A model generated the notes under the pieces. The model saw only the letters and a program-made list of their open reading frames with translations. It was not told the origin of the DNA and searched no databases. Of a stretch of 64,000 bases of DNA, positions 49,681 through 60,080 are shown one piece after another (position 1 is the stretch's first letter; each line of letters starts with the position of its first letter). A program made the translations under genes and the position numbers. Source of the DNA: an uncultured virus (IMG/VR IMGVR_UViG_3300042673_001922) (Duplodnaviria > Heunggongvirae > Uroviricota > Caudoviricetes); IMG/VR virus record IMGVR_UViG_3300042673_001922, positions 62,001-126,000 of that record. One strand, written 5' to 3'.

Positions 49681-50058
49681 TTAACCCTTCTTTAAAAGTT
49701 CGTTAGGTATAATCCAAAGTTTACAAACAGCATTTGGTTGTATGGTTCCGGCAACTATTTCACAGCCTTGCCCGCCCTTAAAAAATACACAGTTAGAACA
49801 AATTAATCCTTCTTTAATAAATGGATTCTTAGCAGCTGGTGCATAGTGTGCTCCATTTCCTAAAGAAGTTTGATCAAACATGCCGTGCATTTCTACAGTT
49901 GCTTCATACTGTTCATACATCATTTTTTGTCTAGCATTTAATTTTGATTTGGGATCATCCATATCTTCTTCTTCATCTTCGGAATCATCCATCTCTGGTT
50001 CTTCAGGCATCTCTTCATCATCTGGAGATTGATATTCACTTAACCAGTAGTTTCTCAT
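49681..50058 (-). CDS. four-Cys protein with HiPIP-like spacing
   Basis: CSNCVFF...CEIVAGTIQPNAVCKLW. Confidence 0.6.
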   Translation of the reverse strand: MRNYWLSEYQSPDDEEMPEEPEMDDSEDEEEDMDDPKSKLNARQKMMYEQYEATVEMHGMFDQTSLGNGAHYAPAAKNPFIKEGLICSNCVFFKGGQGCEIVAGTIQPNAVCKLWIIPNELLKKG

Positions 50059-50375
50059 TCACTTTTTCCCGACTTGACGACACCATCGTAGATAGCAGCT
50101 AGGCGACAATAGCCATTGTCCTCTACGGTCTGGGCAACAATCTTACAAACGCCATTGCCTTCATACAATGCACAGTTGGCACACTTAACACCAATAGATA
50201 AATTGTCATTTTCTATGCCTGGAACATAGCCAACCCAGATGCCATTGCCATCACTGTTGGAAAGCTTGCCATATTTGCTGACAATTCCTAGCATTGCGTT
50301 TGCATATTCTTGTTCTGCTGGAGGAAGTTTTCTTTCCATTTCCTCTAAAAGTTCGGCTAACCAATAACTATCCAT
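50055..50375 (-). CDS. four-Cys protein with HiPIP-like spacing, paralog
   Basis: CANCALY...CKIVAQTVEDNGYCRL; shared MxxYWL N-terminus. Confidence 0.6.
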   Translation of the reverse strand: MDSYWLAELLEEMERKLPPAEQEYANAMLGIVSKYGKLSNSDGNGIWVGYVPGIENDNLSIGVKCANCALYEGNGVCKIVAQTVEDNGYCRLAAIYDGVVKSGKSE

Positions 50376-50395
50376 TTTAATTTATTTCCTTTTAG

Positions 50396-50620
50396 TTAAG
50401 ATGCAGGGACTGCTTGTTCTTTTGGAATACAGTTTCTAGTGCAATATACATTGCTTTTGTGTTCCCAAATTATACCTTTACTGAGGCTTCTACTGCAACT
50501 AGGGCAGCTAAATTTAACACCTTTAATACCAACATATTTAACTGCTTTACCAGGTAATTCTACTTTAATTTCTTTTTGACTATTAGAAACATTTTTCTTT
50601 GCTGGCTTTTTTCCTGCCAT
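50396..50620 (-). CDS. zinc-finger protein
   Basis: CPSC...YCTRNC; GGAGG RBS. Confidence 0.6.
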   Translation of the reverse strand: MAGKKPAKKNVSNSQKEIKVELPGKAVKYVGIKGVKFSCPSCSRSLSKGIIWEHKSNVYCTRNCIPKEQAVPAS

Positions 50621-50679
50621 AACATACCTCCAAACATTGGTTACTATTTAGTCTATAGTAATACAAAACTGGAGTTTTT

Positions 50680-52306
50680 ATGGCCAAAAAACAATTTACA
50701 ACGGTTAATATAAATGATTTCTTTGTTTCAGAACCAGGACCTCCAGCCCCTATAACATTAACTACGACATCTGCCCCTCCTTCGTCCCCTGTCTCCAGGT
50801 CTTCTAATATCATTTCATCATCCGGTGGTATAGAAAAAATTTCAACTTCAAGAAAAGGCTTTGATGACGATCCTGAAAGGGTAAGCAAAAGAAGGGGTAA
50901 AAATAGAGGAGGAAGATCAGGCAAGGCGTCAATACCTACACCTCATATATTAGATGCATCCAACACTAACTCTAGAACCTTGATGCAAAATCTTCTTCCA
51001 AAAGAAATGGTTCCACAGGGTTATTTTAATCCAATTGAAATTAAATTAAAAAGTGGAAGAACAAAATTTGTAAATCCACTAAACCAAAATCAAGTTATAT
51101 TTACAAGGGATAAAAAACGGAAGAATTAAATTCACGAATCCAGAATTTACTTTTAATAAAACTGATAATCTTGCTAGAAAAGTAGAGAATGTATTTAACC
51201 CTAACCAGGTTAATGCAGATCTAGATCCTATTTATCTTAGACCAAAAAATGGAGCTCCAATTTCTACTCCAGCTTCAAGATATGATCCCATGGGAGAAGG
51301 TGTATTAAGACCTTTAAATAAAGGTGAAAGAGCAGCTTTTGATCATAGCAGGAAGATGAAGGCAAAATATAACTCTCCAAAAAGAAGAAGTTATTTAACT
51401 AGAGAAGATATTTTAAATACCGCAAACATGGAAAGAAGACAGTATACAGTAGGAAGATATGCTGGATCGGTTGCTGAATACAAAGCAAAAGTAGCAAAGT
51501 ATATTATGGATCTTGAAAATGAGCTTTCATATTTAGATGCTGGATCTAAAAAACAAGTTCGTCGAGCAATTATAGAAGATACTCTTACTGATCTAAGAAA
51601 AGAAATGAGAAAGACTGCTGACCAGATTAATCCAAGCAAAAGTGGTCTTCCTCATAAATTAGAAATGAAAATTATGGAGTCCCTAAAAGGAGATGATCAG
51701 CCACTTAATTTTCTTACAAATCCATCTTCTAGACAAAATGCTATTATAGCTAGAAGAAAAGCTATTAGAGCTGGAGTCATAAAGCCAATGCAGCCGATGG
51801 AATCCTACATGAGTAGAGTTGAAAGACTAATGCAAAGTGGTATGCGTGAGTCATATTTGTCGAAAAAGGGATACGGTACTGACAATCTTTTAAAGGATCA
51901 GCCAGATTTTATTCAACCCAGAACAACAACAAGGGTAAGCATAAATAATCTAACAAGTAAAACTAATTTATCTACTGCTGCAACTAGTGCAAATCCAAAA
52001 ATTGATAAAGACTATATTCCTAGTTCTGTAAATAGATATTTGCAAACTGCAAGTATTAATTCTAGTCAGCCAGCAGCAAATATAGCAAGTGCTGTAGGAG
52101 AAACTCTTCCAACTGGAACTCCGGGAAGAATGATGTCCTCAACAGCCCAAAGGCTAGCAGATGACACCATGAGGGCAGCTAGCGTTGTGCATAGTTCTAA
52201 GCTTGGATTTGCTGCAATAGGAATGGGTGCACTGGGAGCTGCTTTTGGTATATCATCTCTGCGTAGTAAGTCAATGGAAAAGCAAATGGAAATGGAAAGA
52301 GTTTAG
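50680..52306 (+). CDS. large basic protein with C-terminal hydrophobic helix; needs +1 shift at CGGA 51118-51121
   Basis: ...FTRDKK|GRIKFTNP... stays open for 57 codons into ORF 51290; restored KGRIKFTNP echoes the upstream SGRTKFVNP. Confidence 0.75.
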
Positions 52307-52309
52307 ATT

Positions 52310-54076
52310 ATGGCTCGATCTATTCATGAGATAATACTCGATGCAAATAATAAAAAATATCCAAATACAATAAAGAAGTATGATGATATTTCTAATGTAT
52401 CAGCTGTTACCGGAGACGATGGAGCAGAGCTTTTTCAGTTTATAAGACCTAATGTAGACGGTGAGATAGATTCCGTTAGCGGCAATCTAAAAAGAGAATA
52501 TGCTCGAGTAAGTAAGGATAATTTAACCGATTATTCTAAAAGAGTTTTTGGCCATGAGCTACCAGAACTTATCAGTCCTCATAGATTTTCTGATCCAACC
52601 TCTAACAGAGCGCTGTATACACAAATGGATTCTCCAACATCTAGAATTGACCCAAGATATAATCCCGTTAAACCCAGTGGTATAAATCAAAATCATGGGT
52701 GGAAAATTCATGCTGATTTTGTTACAGACTTAAGTCATGAAGAGGGTTTAGCAAGAGCGGGGAGAGCAGCAGACTTATCTGTAATGGATCAAAATTTAGC
52801 AGATGTGTTTGATTCCAGACTTGCTGGTATTGGAGTTAAATCTGATGATTTTTTTAAATTTTATAAATCAGCATATAGTAGCGGAGCTCAAAATTTTGCT
52901 GATCCAAATGACATAATATCAGCAGCTGAAGTGTTCAATGAACAAGCAATGACCTACAAAATGGGACCTGGAAAATATGGTGCAGGTAGACACTTAACAG
53001 CATACCCACAAAGCTTAGAGGGTAGAGATTCTATAATAAAAAGCCTAGAAGATAAATTGGGAAATAGGCTTGTTGATCAAAATGATCCTGCATACAGGCA
53101 TAGTATAATTGGAGACACCGGAGTAAAAAATCATCCTCTTTCTAGAGGTGTTTCTGGAAGATTTACTACTGATTACTTAGGTATTAATCCAACTACTGGA
53201 AAAGTTGATTTTTCTCTTGAAGATACTTCAATGAGCAACAGTTTAGAAGAATATAAAATATCTGGAAAAATTAATCCAGAAGAAATAGATAAAATAAACA
53301 AAATAACTCAAGAAATGCCAGAGATGGCAGAACTATTACATGGCAAAGATGGTTACATTAGCCCGTATAAAACAATAGAGCAAATAGCTCAAGAGAGATC
53401 TACTGGAAAAATTGCATTCGGTAACACCAAATATGTAGATAACTATGTTGGAGATCTTCCGACTATTAATAAGCCAGGACAAATTCCAGCTCCAAGGACT
53501 CTTCAAGCTGTCTCAGCTCCAAGTGTAGCAACTACTAATGCTACTAAAGTAACTCCTTTAGCAGATGAATATGATACTGGTACAGTAGCAGCTAAAATAT
53601 CCGCAGGAGAGCCATTAACAGTTCCTCCTCCAGCATCCCCTCCTCCAAAAGGATTAAATGTTGGAACTCCAACAGATGACATTAGAGTTACCCCAAGAAA
53701 CAGAGGAGCAGATTCTGCGTCTGGTGGAAAATCTAAACCAAAAGCTCAATCTTCACCCATAAATACAAGTACTCAAAATCCAAAGCCTGACCCCAGTGCA
53801 AAAATAACTTCTAACCCCCCTCTATCTGGGGAGCCAACGCTGAAAATAGGATCTTCAGAACCATCTAAGGTAACTACTAAACCAAAAGGTTTAATGGACA
53901 ATGGAATGAAGACTGCTCAAGATCTTGCATCAGGCAACGCAAGGGCAATGGGTATTGCTGCAGCTGCTGGTTTACTTGGAGTAGGAATAGCTATGTCTAA
54001 TAGAAAAAGAACAATTGCTCCAGATGATGGAACATATTTGTCTCAAAGTAGAGCAAAATTAGAGCGGTTGAAATAA
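52310..54076 (+). CDS. large protein with LanKC-N/OspF-like lyase motifs, Pro-rich linker and C-terminal hydrophobic helix
   Basis: HGWKIHA...YK...GRHLTAYP...GD...GRF; AMGIAAAAGLLGVGIAM. Confidence 0.6.
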   Translation: MARSIHEIILDANNKKYPNTIKKYDDISNVSAVTGDDGAELFQFIRPNVDGEIDSVSGNLKREYARVSKDNLTDYSKRVFGHELPELISPHRFSDPTSNRALYTQMDSPTSRIDPRYNPVKPSGINQNHGWKIHADFVTDLSHEEGLARAGRAADLSVMDQNLADVFDSRLAGIGVKSDDFFKFYKSAYSSGAQNFADPNDIISAAEVFNEQAMTYKMGPGKYGAGRHLTAYPQSLEGRDSIIKSLEDKLGNRLVDQNDPAYRHSIIGDTGVKNHPLSRGVSGRFTTDYLGINPTTGKVDFSLEDTSMSNSLEEYKISGKINPEEIDKINKITQEMPEMAELLHGKDGYISPYKTIEQIAQERSTGKIAFGNTKYVDNYVGDLPTINKPGQIPAPRTLQAVSAPSVATTNATKVTPLADEYDTGTVAAKISAGEPLTVPPPASPPPKGLNVGTPTDDIRVTPRNRGADSASGGKSKPKAQSSPINTSTQNPKPDPSAKITSNPPLSGEPTLKIGSSEPSKVTTKPKGLMDNGMKTAQDLASGNARAMGIAAAAGLLGVGIAMSNRKRTIAPDDGTYLSQSRAKLERLK

Positions 54077-54083
54077 TAATTTT

Positions 54084-54500
54084 TTATTCATTATCGTATA
54101 ATTCTTTATATTTATTTGGATTTCTTCTTTTCATGTCTCTTTTGCTTCTTGCGAGCCTACATTCTTCACACCTACAACCATAATGATCGTAGCCATTAGA
54201 TGTACCATGTACTATTCCAGGATATTCTACTTCTGATATAGTTTTTTTTAAATGACAAGACTTGCAAAGAACCTGACACTTAGATAATTCTTTGTCTCTA
54301 ACTTCTTTTCTTCTGCTCCATACGCAAGAAGCATGCATTGTCTTATCTTCACGTTTAATGTGATCTACTTCTAAGCTGTCCCAAGAACCACAATGCTTGC
54401 ATGGACCGTTAGCCAGAACCCAGTCAAGTCTTCTGTCTCTCATCCATTTTCTTTGGTATTCTTTTAGGTAAGCTTTTCTTTTTTCTATATCTTTAGTCAT
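54084..54500 (-). CDS. HNH endonuclease
   Basis: CKHCG...LEVDHI...CQVLCKSCH; C-terminal HGT..GY...GCRCEEC. Confidence 0.88.
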   Translation of the reverse strand: MTKDIEKRKAYLKEYQRKWMRDRRLDWVLANGPCKHCGSWDSLEVDHIKREDKTMHASCVWSRRKEVRDKELSKCQVLCKSCHLKKTISEVEYPGIVHGTSNGYDHYGCRCEECRLARSKRDMKRRNPNKYKELYDNE

Positions 54501-54547
54501 TATATCTAAATTTTTCTATGCTCTTAGTTATGGTATTGAAATTACAT

Positions 54548-54623
<76 letters not shown>

Positions 54624-54633
54624 ATAATCTGTT

Positions 54634-54645
54634 ATTATAGTACCA
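54634..54645 (-). promoter_or_regulatory. -10 element upstream of the tRNA-Gly
   Basis: TGGTAC-TATAAT on the minus strand, 10 nt before G1. Confidence 0.5.
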
Positions 54646-54694
54646 TAAAAATACTGGTTGATAATAGCAGAGAAATTAAATATACCCAAAGAAC

Positions 54695-54937
54695 TTAATT
54701 AAATGGTTGACCATCTTTGTCATCTAGATCAAATCCACCAAGTTTTAATGGACTCCACATTAAGCTAAGAATTTCTGATATTGCATTTATTGTTTGTGGA
54801 TTTTGCTGACTTGAAAGCCTAAACAATCCATTTATTGCATTAGCTATACTGACAGTAGTGTAATGTATTTGTTCATTATTTCTGTCATCATGCTTAACGC
54901 AATCATAAATTTTATTATATATTTCTGTGTAGTTCAT
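54695..54937 (-). CDS. hypothetical protein
   Basis: ORF in minus-strand run. Confidence 0.55.
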   Translation of the reverse strand: MNYTEIYNKIYDCVKHDDRNNEQIHYTTVSIANAINGLFRLSSQQNPQTINAISEILSLMWSPLKLGGFDLDDKDGQPFN

Positions 54938-55322
54938 ATAAATCTTCTTTCTTTGGCGATATCATTTTCGCCTCTACCAGGAGACTGTCAGTAAACTTCA
55001 AGTCATATTCAAACCATAACATCCTATTGGAATCTATTGATTCGTCTTCAGTTAAGTATACAGGACAATGCACTTTTATGTGGCCGTGAAAGTATATCTT
55101 TCTGCTCTTTTTATTCTTTGAATCTTCTTCAAAAGAAGGGCTTTCTTCCATGTATAAGTATCCATTATTGTCTATAAAATAACTATCTAAAAAGCATTCC
55201 ATAGATTTTGATTTAAATCCTTCAGCAGCAAAAGCATAATAAATATAAGACTTGTAGCTGTGTGGAATCCAAGGCTCTACCGGCAAAGGATAATCAATAT
55301 GAAAAAAATCGTACGTTCCCAT
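54915..55322 (-). CDS. hypothetical protein
   Basis: MGTYD...FKSKSMEC...WFEYDLKFTD; TGCTATAAT upstream. Confidence 0.65.
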   Translation of the reverse strand: MGTYDFFHIDYPLPVEPWIPHSYKSYIYYAFAAEGFKSKSMECFLDSYFIDNNGYLYMEESPSFEEDSKNKKSRKIYFHGHIKVHCPVYLTEDESIDSNRMLWFEYDLKFTDSLLVEAKMISPKKEDLYELHRNI

Positions 55323-55416
55323 AATTAACTATATTATAGCAGCTCAAACCGCAATTTGAGGTCCTATTGATTTTAAAAGGTTACTATATATATAGTTTTT
55401 AACTTTAAGGTTTATT

Positions 55417-56638
55417 ATGTTTCGTTCCTCAGAATCAATGCCAATAGATCATTTTTTATTTAGAGCAGGCAAATCTGCCCCTGGCGCTAAAGAAGGAATG
55501 CAAGAAATAGAATCAAGCTTAAGGGAAATAGGTAGGCTTGATGAATCTTTTCTTACAATGGGAGATAAATCCGTTGTTGGAGCTCGTGTAAGTAAAAAAA
55601 CTTTAGGTATCTCTGTATCTAATCAAGTATTAGAAAAATTTGGCTTTGAACCACTTAACGAGAGGGCAATGGCTCATGCTGAGACTGTGGGTCAAAGTTT
55701 AACTCGACATGAAGCCTTGCAACGAATGCTTAGGCATGAAGGTATTAGGCTTAGTAATACAAGTGGAGTAAGTAATCTTCTTGTTTTTAGAGAATCTGTA
55801 GTTCGAAGAGGATCCTTAACTGGCAATGTAAAAACTGCGTTACACGAAATTGGACATGGTGTATCTAAGTTAACACAAAGTACTGTGGATAAAAATCTTC
55901 TTGTGGGTCAATTGAAGGATATTATCCGGAGTTAGTTCGGTAGATGAAGAAGTTGCTAGTAAATTTAAAGATACTTATCTAGGTGTTATGCGTGAATTTG
56001 GTCGAGAAGAAGCTAGAGCTGAGTCTTTCTCTGGATTAATTTCAAAAACCACCATAGGAAAAGACGCTCTAACCAAGATAGCAAGAGGAGGTATTGAGGA
56101 GAAGCATATTAAGGGAACCTTATTAAGCGCATACAATCGTCTTGATGATGAATTTTATGGATTCCAAGGATATGCAGAAATCAACTTAAGGAACATGCGA
56201 GGTTCTGCAGTGTATGATGCATTTGCTCGTCATATTGATTTTGATCAATTACAAAGACTAGGAGCCGTAGAAGCTCATGGCGTTTTTATGGGTTCAGTTG
56301 ATTACGGCGGAATGTCAGAAGCTGTTGCTCCATCTTTGAGAAGTCTTCAACAAACAGCAAACGAGCATGTGCTAACAAATTATGGTGAAGATACATATGA
56401 TCGTTATCAGTCGCTAGTAACAGAATCAAAAAGAATTCCTGCACAGATAAAAGGATCTGGCCTAGCTTCAATTTCCTCTGAACCTATTATAGATTCAATA
56501 GCTGCTTTAGAAAGAAGCGGGGCTAGCACAGAGGTTGCAGAACAAGTTGGAAGAACTGGTGGGATGGCAAAAAGAACACTTAGTGGAATATTGTCAGCCG
56601 GAGAAACAGCAGCAGAAGTTATGAGATTTATTAAATAA
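55417..56638 (+). CDS. putative zincin metallopeptidase-domain protein; needs +1 shift at CGGA 55927-55930
   Basis: TALHEIGH before the shift and EEARAE after it; LKDII|GVSSVDEE... is in frame with ORF 55988. Confidence 0.72.
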
Positions 56639-56780
56639 TATATATCTGAGGTCCTATTAATTTCTTTGTATAAAACCCAAAAAGACAAAAAAAGTTTAAA
56701 ACAGTTTTGCCTCTTAAAATTTTTTTCCCAAATTTTACCTATATAGGTTTTTTAAATTAAAAAATATAATATTCCGCGTT

Positions 56781-57116
56781 TTAGTTATTATCTGCAACTG
56801 CGTCTTCTAGTGGGGAAACTATAATTGTTTCTCCATCTGAAGTAACGCCAAAGATACATCCAACATCGTTACCTTCAGGATCAGAAGAAGCGTAGATCTT
56901 GCTTCCGTCATTAAAGATGATTGCTACCGGATATCCACCACGGGAATTTTCCCAACCTTCAGCTTTAAGCTCTTCTTTAGTTAGCATTCTTACTTCAGCT
57001 ACCATTAATCCTACAGGATATGCTGCTTTGTCTAAACTGGTCATTTTGTTCCTCGTATCTAAAGGGGTTTCTAAGGCTCTTAAATAGGCTTGACGCATTT
57101 CATAAAAATCAAGCAT
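56781..57116 (-). CDS. hypothetical protein
   Basis: EGW...ASSDPEGNDVG. Confidence 0.6.
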   Translation of the reverse strand: MLDFYEMRQAYLRALETPLDTRNKMTSLDKAAYPVGLMVAEVRMLTKEELKAEGWENSRGGYPVAIIFNDGSKIYASSDPEGNDVGCIFGVTSDGETIIVSPLEDAVADNN

Positions 57117-57321
57117 CTGTTACAGTGCCCCATTCATGGTGGATAATTTCACAAGTAAATTTACAAGAAGGACACCTAGGAGTACCATATTGGCTCATCA
57201 TAGAATGAGATGGTTTATCTCCGCATTTACATCTTAGTACTAATTCTGGTCCCCAAGTTCTTATGAGTCTTGTTTTAGCGGACTGAGAAATAGGGATAGA
57301 CAAAGAAGATTGAGAAATCAT
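57109..57321 (-). CDS. zinc-binding hypothetical protein
   Basis: CKCG...CPSC; AGGAG RBS. Confidence 0.55.
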   Translation of the reverse strand: MISQSSLSIPISQSAKTRLIRTWGPELVLRCKCGDKPSHSMMSQYGTPRCPSCKFTCEIIHHEWGTVTDA

Positions 57322-57332
57322 TTGTTTCTCCT

Positions 57333-57785
57333 CTAGTGATAATGCTTATTACTGTGTATGTCATTAAAGTTTTTTGTTTTAGATTGAACTAAAGAATTAA
57401 TAGCAGTATGCAAAGAAGGCCAATCACGCTTAAGGTCATTAAGAAGATTTGATAACATCTTGTCATGCAGCGGTTCATTAACGCCTTTATTAAAAATAGC
57501 TTTATAAATTTTGTAGAGAGCTTCTCTTTCCTTAAAATTTAATGATCCATAAGTATTGTAACTAAAGTCAATGTTGTCTTTAATGTCCATATATGGATTT
57601 TTAGGAGTATCAATAAATTCTTTAATGTCCATATATGGATTCTTAGGATATGGATTCTTAGGAGTTTTACCAATAAATGTAGATTTCTCTTCTTTTACTG
57701 AAGTTTGATCTTTGTTAGAAATAGAATTTGCTAGACTAGCAATAGAAGATGCTAGATTGTTTATTGCCTGAATAAGAGATTTCAT
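57333..57785 (-). CDS. hypothetical protein with internal PKNPY repeats
   Basis: TPKNPYPKNPYMDIKEFIDTPKNPYMDIKDNID. Confidence 0.6.
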   Translation of the reverse strand: MKSLIQAINNLASSIASLANSISNKDQTSVKEEKSTFIGKTPKNPYPKNPYMDIKEFIDTPKNPYMDIKDNIDFSYNTYGSLNFKEREALYKIYKAIFNKGVNEPLHDKMLSNLLNDLKRDWPSLHTAINSLVQSKTKNFNDIHSNKHYH

Positions 57786-57796
57786 TTTTATCCTTT

Positions 57797-58012
57797 TTAA
57801 TAACGAGCTATTAAATTCAATCTTTGAATCTCAGCTTCTAAACTCTGCAACTTGTATTCCATAGAACTTATATGGGTGAGTAGTAAAGATATAGTATTTG
57901 AGGCAGATTGACAAATATCATAAACATTTTTAGAATCATGAATTGTTTTATCAGCTTCATTGAGAAGTGAATGAATTAATTCTTTAGAGCTATCTAGAAT
58001 ATGTTCTGACAT
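57797..58012 (-). CDS. coiled-coil hypothetical protein
   Basis: ORF in minus-strand run. Confidence 0.55.
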   Translation of the reverse strand: MSEHILDSSKELIHSLLNEADKTIHDSKNVYDICQSASNTISLLLTHISSMEYKLQSLEAEIQRLNLIARY

Positions 58013-58024
58013 AAAAACATTATA

Positions 58025-58255
58025 TCAGCTAAAGCCAGATAACTTCTTGTTTAAGTTCTTATACAAATTTTTTTCTTCTGAAATTTCAGCTAAAGCATTA
58101 TCAAGTAAAGATAATAGCAATTTGTCAAAATTACTTAAAAGGCTAGTGTCAAAGTAAACTTTGTTGGTAGAAATTTTATCTTCTGTATTTGAAGAAGAAG
58201 AAGATTCCTCTTTATTATTAGGGTAATTACATGGCCAGTTGGGATGAATCATCAT
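58025..58255 (-). CDS. hypothetical protein
   Basis: ORF in minus-strand run. Confidence 0.5.
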   Translation of the reverse strand: MMIHPNWPCNYPNNKEESSSSSNTEDKISTNKVYFDTSLLSNFDKLLLSLLDNALAEISEEKNLYKNLNKKLSGFS

Positions 58256-58394
58256 AAGACTAATTCTTTGGGAGTAGTTAAAAACCGGAATATAATATAC
58301 GCAAGCTCAAACAAAGCAGCGAGGATCTGAACAGTAATGCCTGTCATAATTTTCTATCTTTCTTTTATGTTACAAGTCGGTGATTAGATAGATA

Positions 58395-58727
58395 TTATAT
58401 TAGTTCTAATAAATATACTTTATGTAGTCTCTTTTTACAAGTGTGAGAAGGTGCTTCATCTATAGCTACACATACCTTAACGTACACTCCACAAGAATGG
58501 CATTTCCATTCACTGTTAGGTTTATATCTTAAGGTAGTATTCTCTTGCTTAGGGGCATTGATTGTCAGCTGAGAAGAATCAACAGAAGGAGCTTGTAGAC
58601 ATGATGGGCAAAGCCTAGGTTTTCTCCCTCTTGCTTTAAGGCGCTTCCATTGAAGATTACATTGGATACAAGTTAGTTCGTCAAATTCTTCCATAGTTGT
58701 TCCTAAATTTTTTCTTGAAAATGACAA
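58395..58727 (-). CDS. zinc-finger protein
   Basis: CIQC...RGRKPRLCPSC...CHSC...HTC. Confidence 0.6.
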   Translation of the reverse strand: MSFSRKNLGTTMEEFDELTCIQCNLQWKRLKARGRKPRLCPSCLQAPSVDSSQLTINAPKQENTTLRYKPNSEWKCHSCGVYVKVCVAIDEAPSHTCKKRLHKVYLLELI

Positions 58728-59311
58728 TGAAAAGGTGCTCCGGTATAAGGGTCATACTTTGAGGCAACTGCTATAGCTTTTAAAGCTGCTTTTTTAGCCT
58801 GAGCTACTGTCATCTTTTTTGATGAACCAAGAACATGCAAAGCGCCAAGAGCGTAAGCACTTCCAGTTCCAAGAGCATACATGCCACTTATATCAGAGGT
58901 CCAAGAGTAGTCGCCATCAACAACATATATGCAACCTGAGACTACGACTAAAATTGTAGATCCATGCTCAGCAATGTGAGTTGAAGTATCTCTTTCAGGA
59001 GCAGCATATCCTTGTTTTTCAAAACATTCTCTAAGAGAAGGTATAAACTTTGTAGTTATAAAGTTGTCTAACTTTTTTCCAGTTGTTCCAGGAGGTACAA
59101 CAGGAGGAGTAAAGGCGTGATGAAGAATATTAATTGCGCGCATATCTCCAGCTGCACCTAAAAGGTATCTTCCATTTTCTGCAACTTTAGCAGAAGTAGA
59201 AGATAGTGTAGTTATCTGTGAAGCAAAACCACCTTCATCAACGGTGGATATGCGAGAATCACTACAAACTAAAGAATAGTCTAATCCCTGAATAGCTATA
59301 ATGGTAGTCAT
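58703..59311 (-). CDS. Ntn-hydrolase, proteasome beta/HslV-like peptidase
   Basis: N-terminal (M)TTIIA, SDSR, GAAGD, ALGTGSAYALGAL, DPYTG. Confidence 0.85.
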   Translation of the reverse strand: MTTIIAIQGLDYSLVCSDSRISTVDEGGFASQITTLSSTSAKVAENGRYLLGAAGDMRAINILHHAFTPPVVPPGTTGKKLDNFITTKFIPSLRECFEKQGYAAPERDTSTHIAEHGSTILVVVSGCIYVVDGDYSWTSDISGMYALGTGSAYALGALHVLGSSKKMTVAQAKKAALKAIAVASKYDPYTGAPFHCHFQEKI

Positions 59312-59505
59312 TTAATTCCTCGGTATATTTAAATATATTACATTATACCTTAGAATAAGATTAAATTCAATCTTTAGAAGGATTAAAATATAAAGAACCA
59401 AAAACCTCTATAGCTATGGAGTTAATTTCTTTAGAATTAGAAAAGGAATTATATTGAACATATTCATTATTTAAAGAATGAAAGTAATGTTTATATTTTT
59501 TATTT

Positions 59506-59778
59506 TTAAACTTTCTTTTGTTCTTTGCCAAGAGTTTCGCCCTTTTTATAAATACAGGTGCCATTTAAATTATTTCTAATTTTAGAGTTAAAATATGCCC
59601 CAGCTGAATCAGCTGCAATAAACTCAGCAAACTTGTCATACGACACAGAGTCATAATGCCAAATGGCTCCAGAATGAAATATTACTATCAAGCCCTCGGT
59701 ATCTTCATCCCATGCAGCAGAGTGAAGAACAGAACTATCACGAAATTGTTTAAATTTAATTGTTGACATATCAACCAC
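59506..59778 (-). CDS. KTSC domain protein
   Basis: SSVLHSAAWD...IFHSG..WHY..V...F..ADSAGAYFNSKIR. Confidence 0.85.
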   Translation of the reverse strand: MVDMSTIKFKQFRDSSVLHSAAWDEDTEGLIVIFHSGAIWHYDSVSYDKFAEFIAADSAGAYFNSKIRNNLNGTCIYKKGETLGKEQKKV

Positions 59779-60001
59779 CGTTCAAATTGTAGAAACTTTC
59801 ATACTCTGATAATCCATTGCACCTTATGCAATTAAGGGGATTATCTTCATGCTGTGAATCGTGTTCACGATACAAAGAAGTAGCTATTTGCTTCCAGTGA
59901 TTAAGTTGTGCAAGCATGACTGAATTGCTTTGAGTAAGTAGCTTGATATTATCAAGAAGTGCATTTACATCTTCTTGTGAAAATATTGGGTCATTATTCA
60001 T
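59771..60001 (-). CDS. hypothetical protein
   Basis: ORF directly downstream of tRNA-Arg. Confidence 0.55.
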   Translation of the reverse strand: MNNDPIFSQEDVNALLDNIKLLTQSNSVMLAQLNHWKQIATSLYREHDSQHEDNPLNCIRCNGLSEYESFYNLNGG

Positions 60002-60005
60002 ATAG

Positions 60006-60077
60006 TGCCTCCACTAGGACTCGAACCTAGAACGAGAAATTAGAAGTTTCTTGTTATATCCCTTTAACTATAGAGGC
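60006..60077 (-). tRNA. tRNA-Arg (UCU)
   Basis: GCCTCTA...AGAAA CTTCTAA TTTCT...CTAGG TTCGAGT CCTAG TGGAGGC A; canonical cloverleaf, CCA not encoded. Confidence 0.92.
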
Positions 60078-60080
60078 TTG

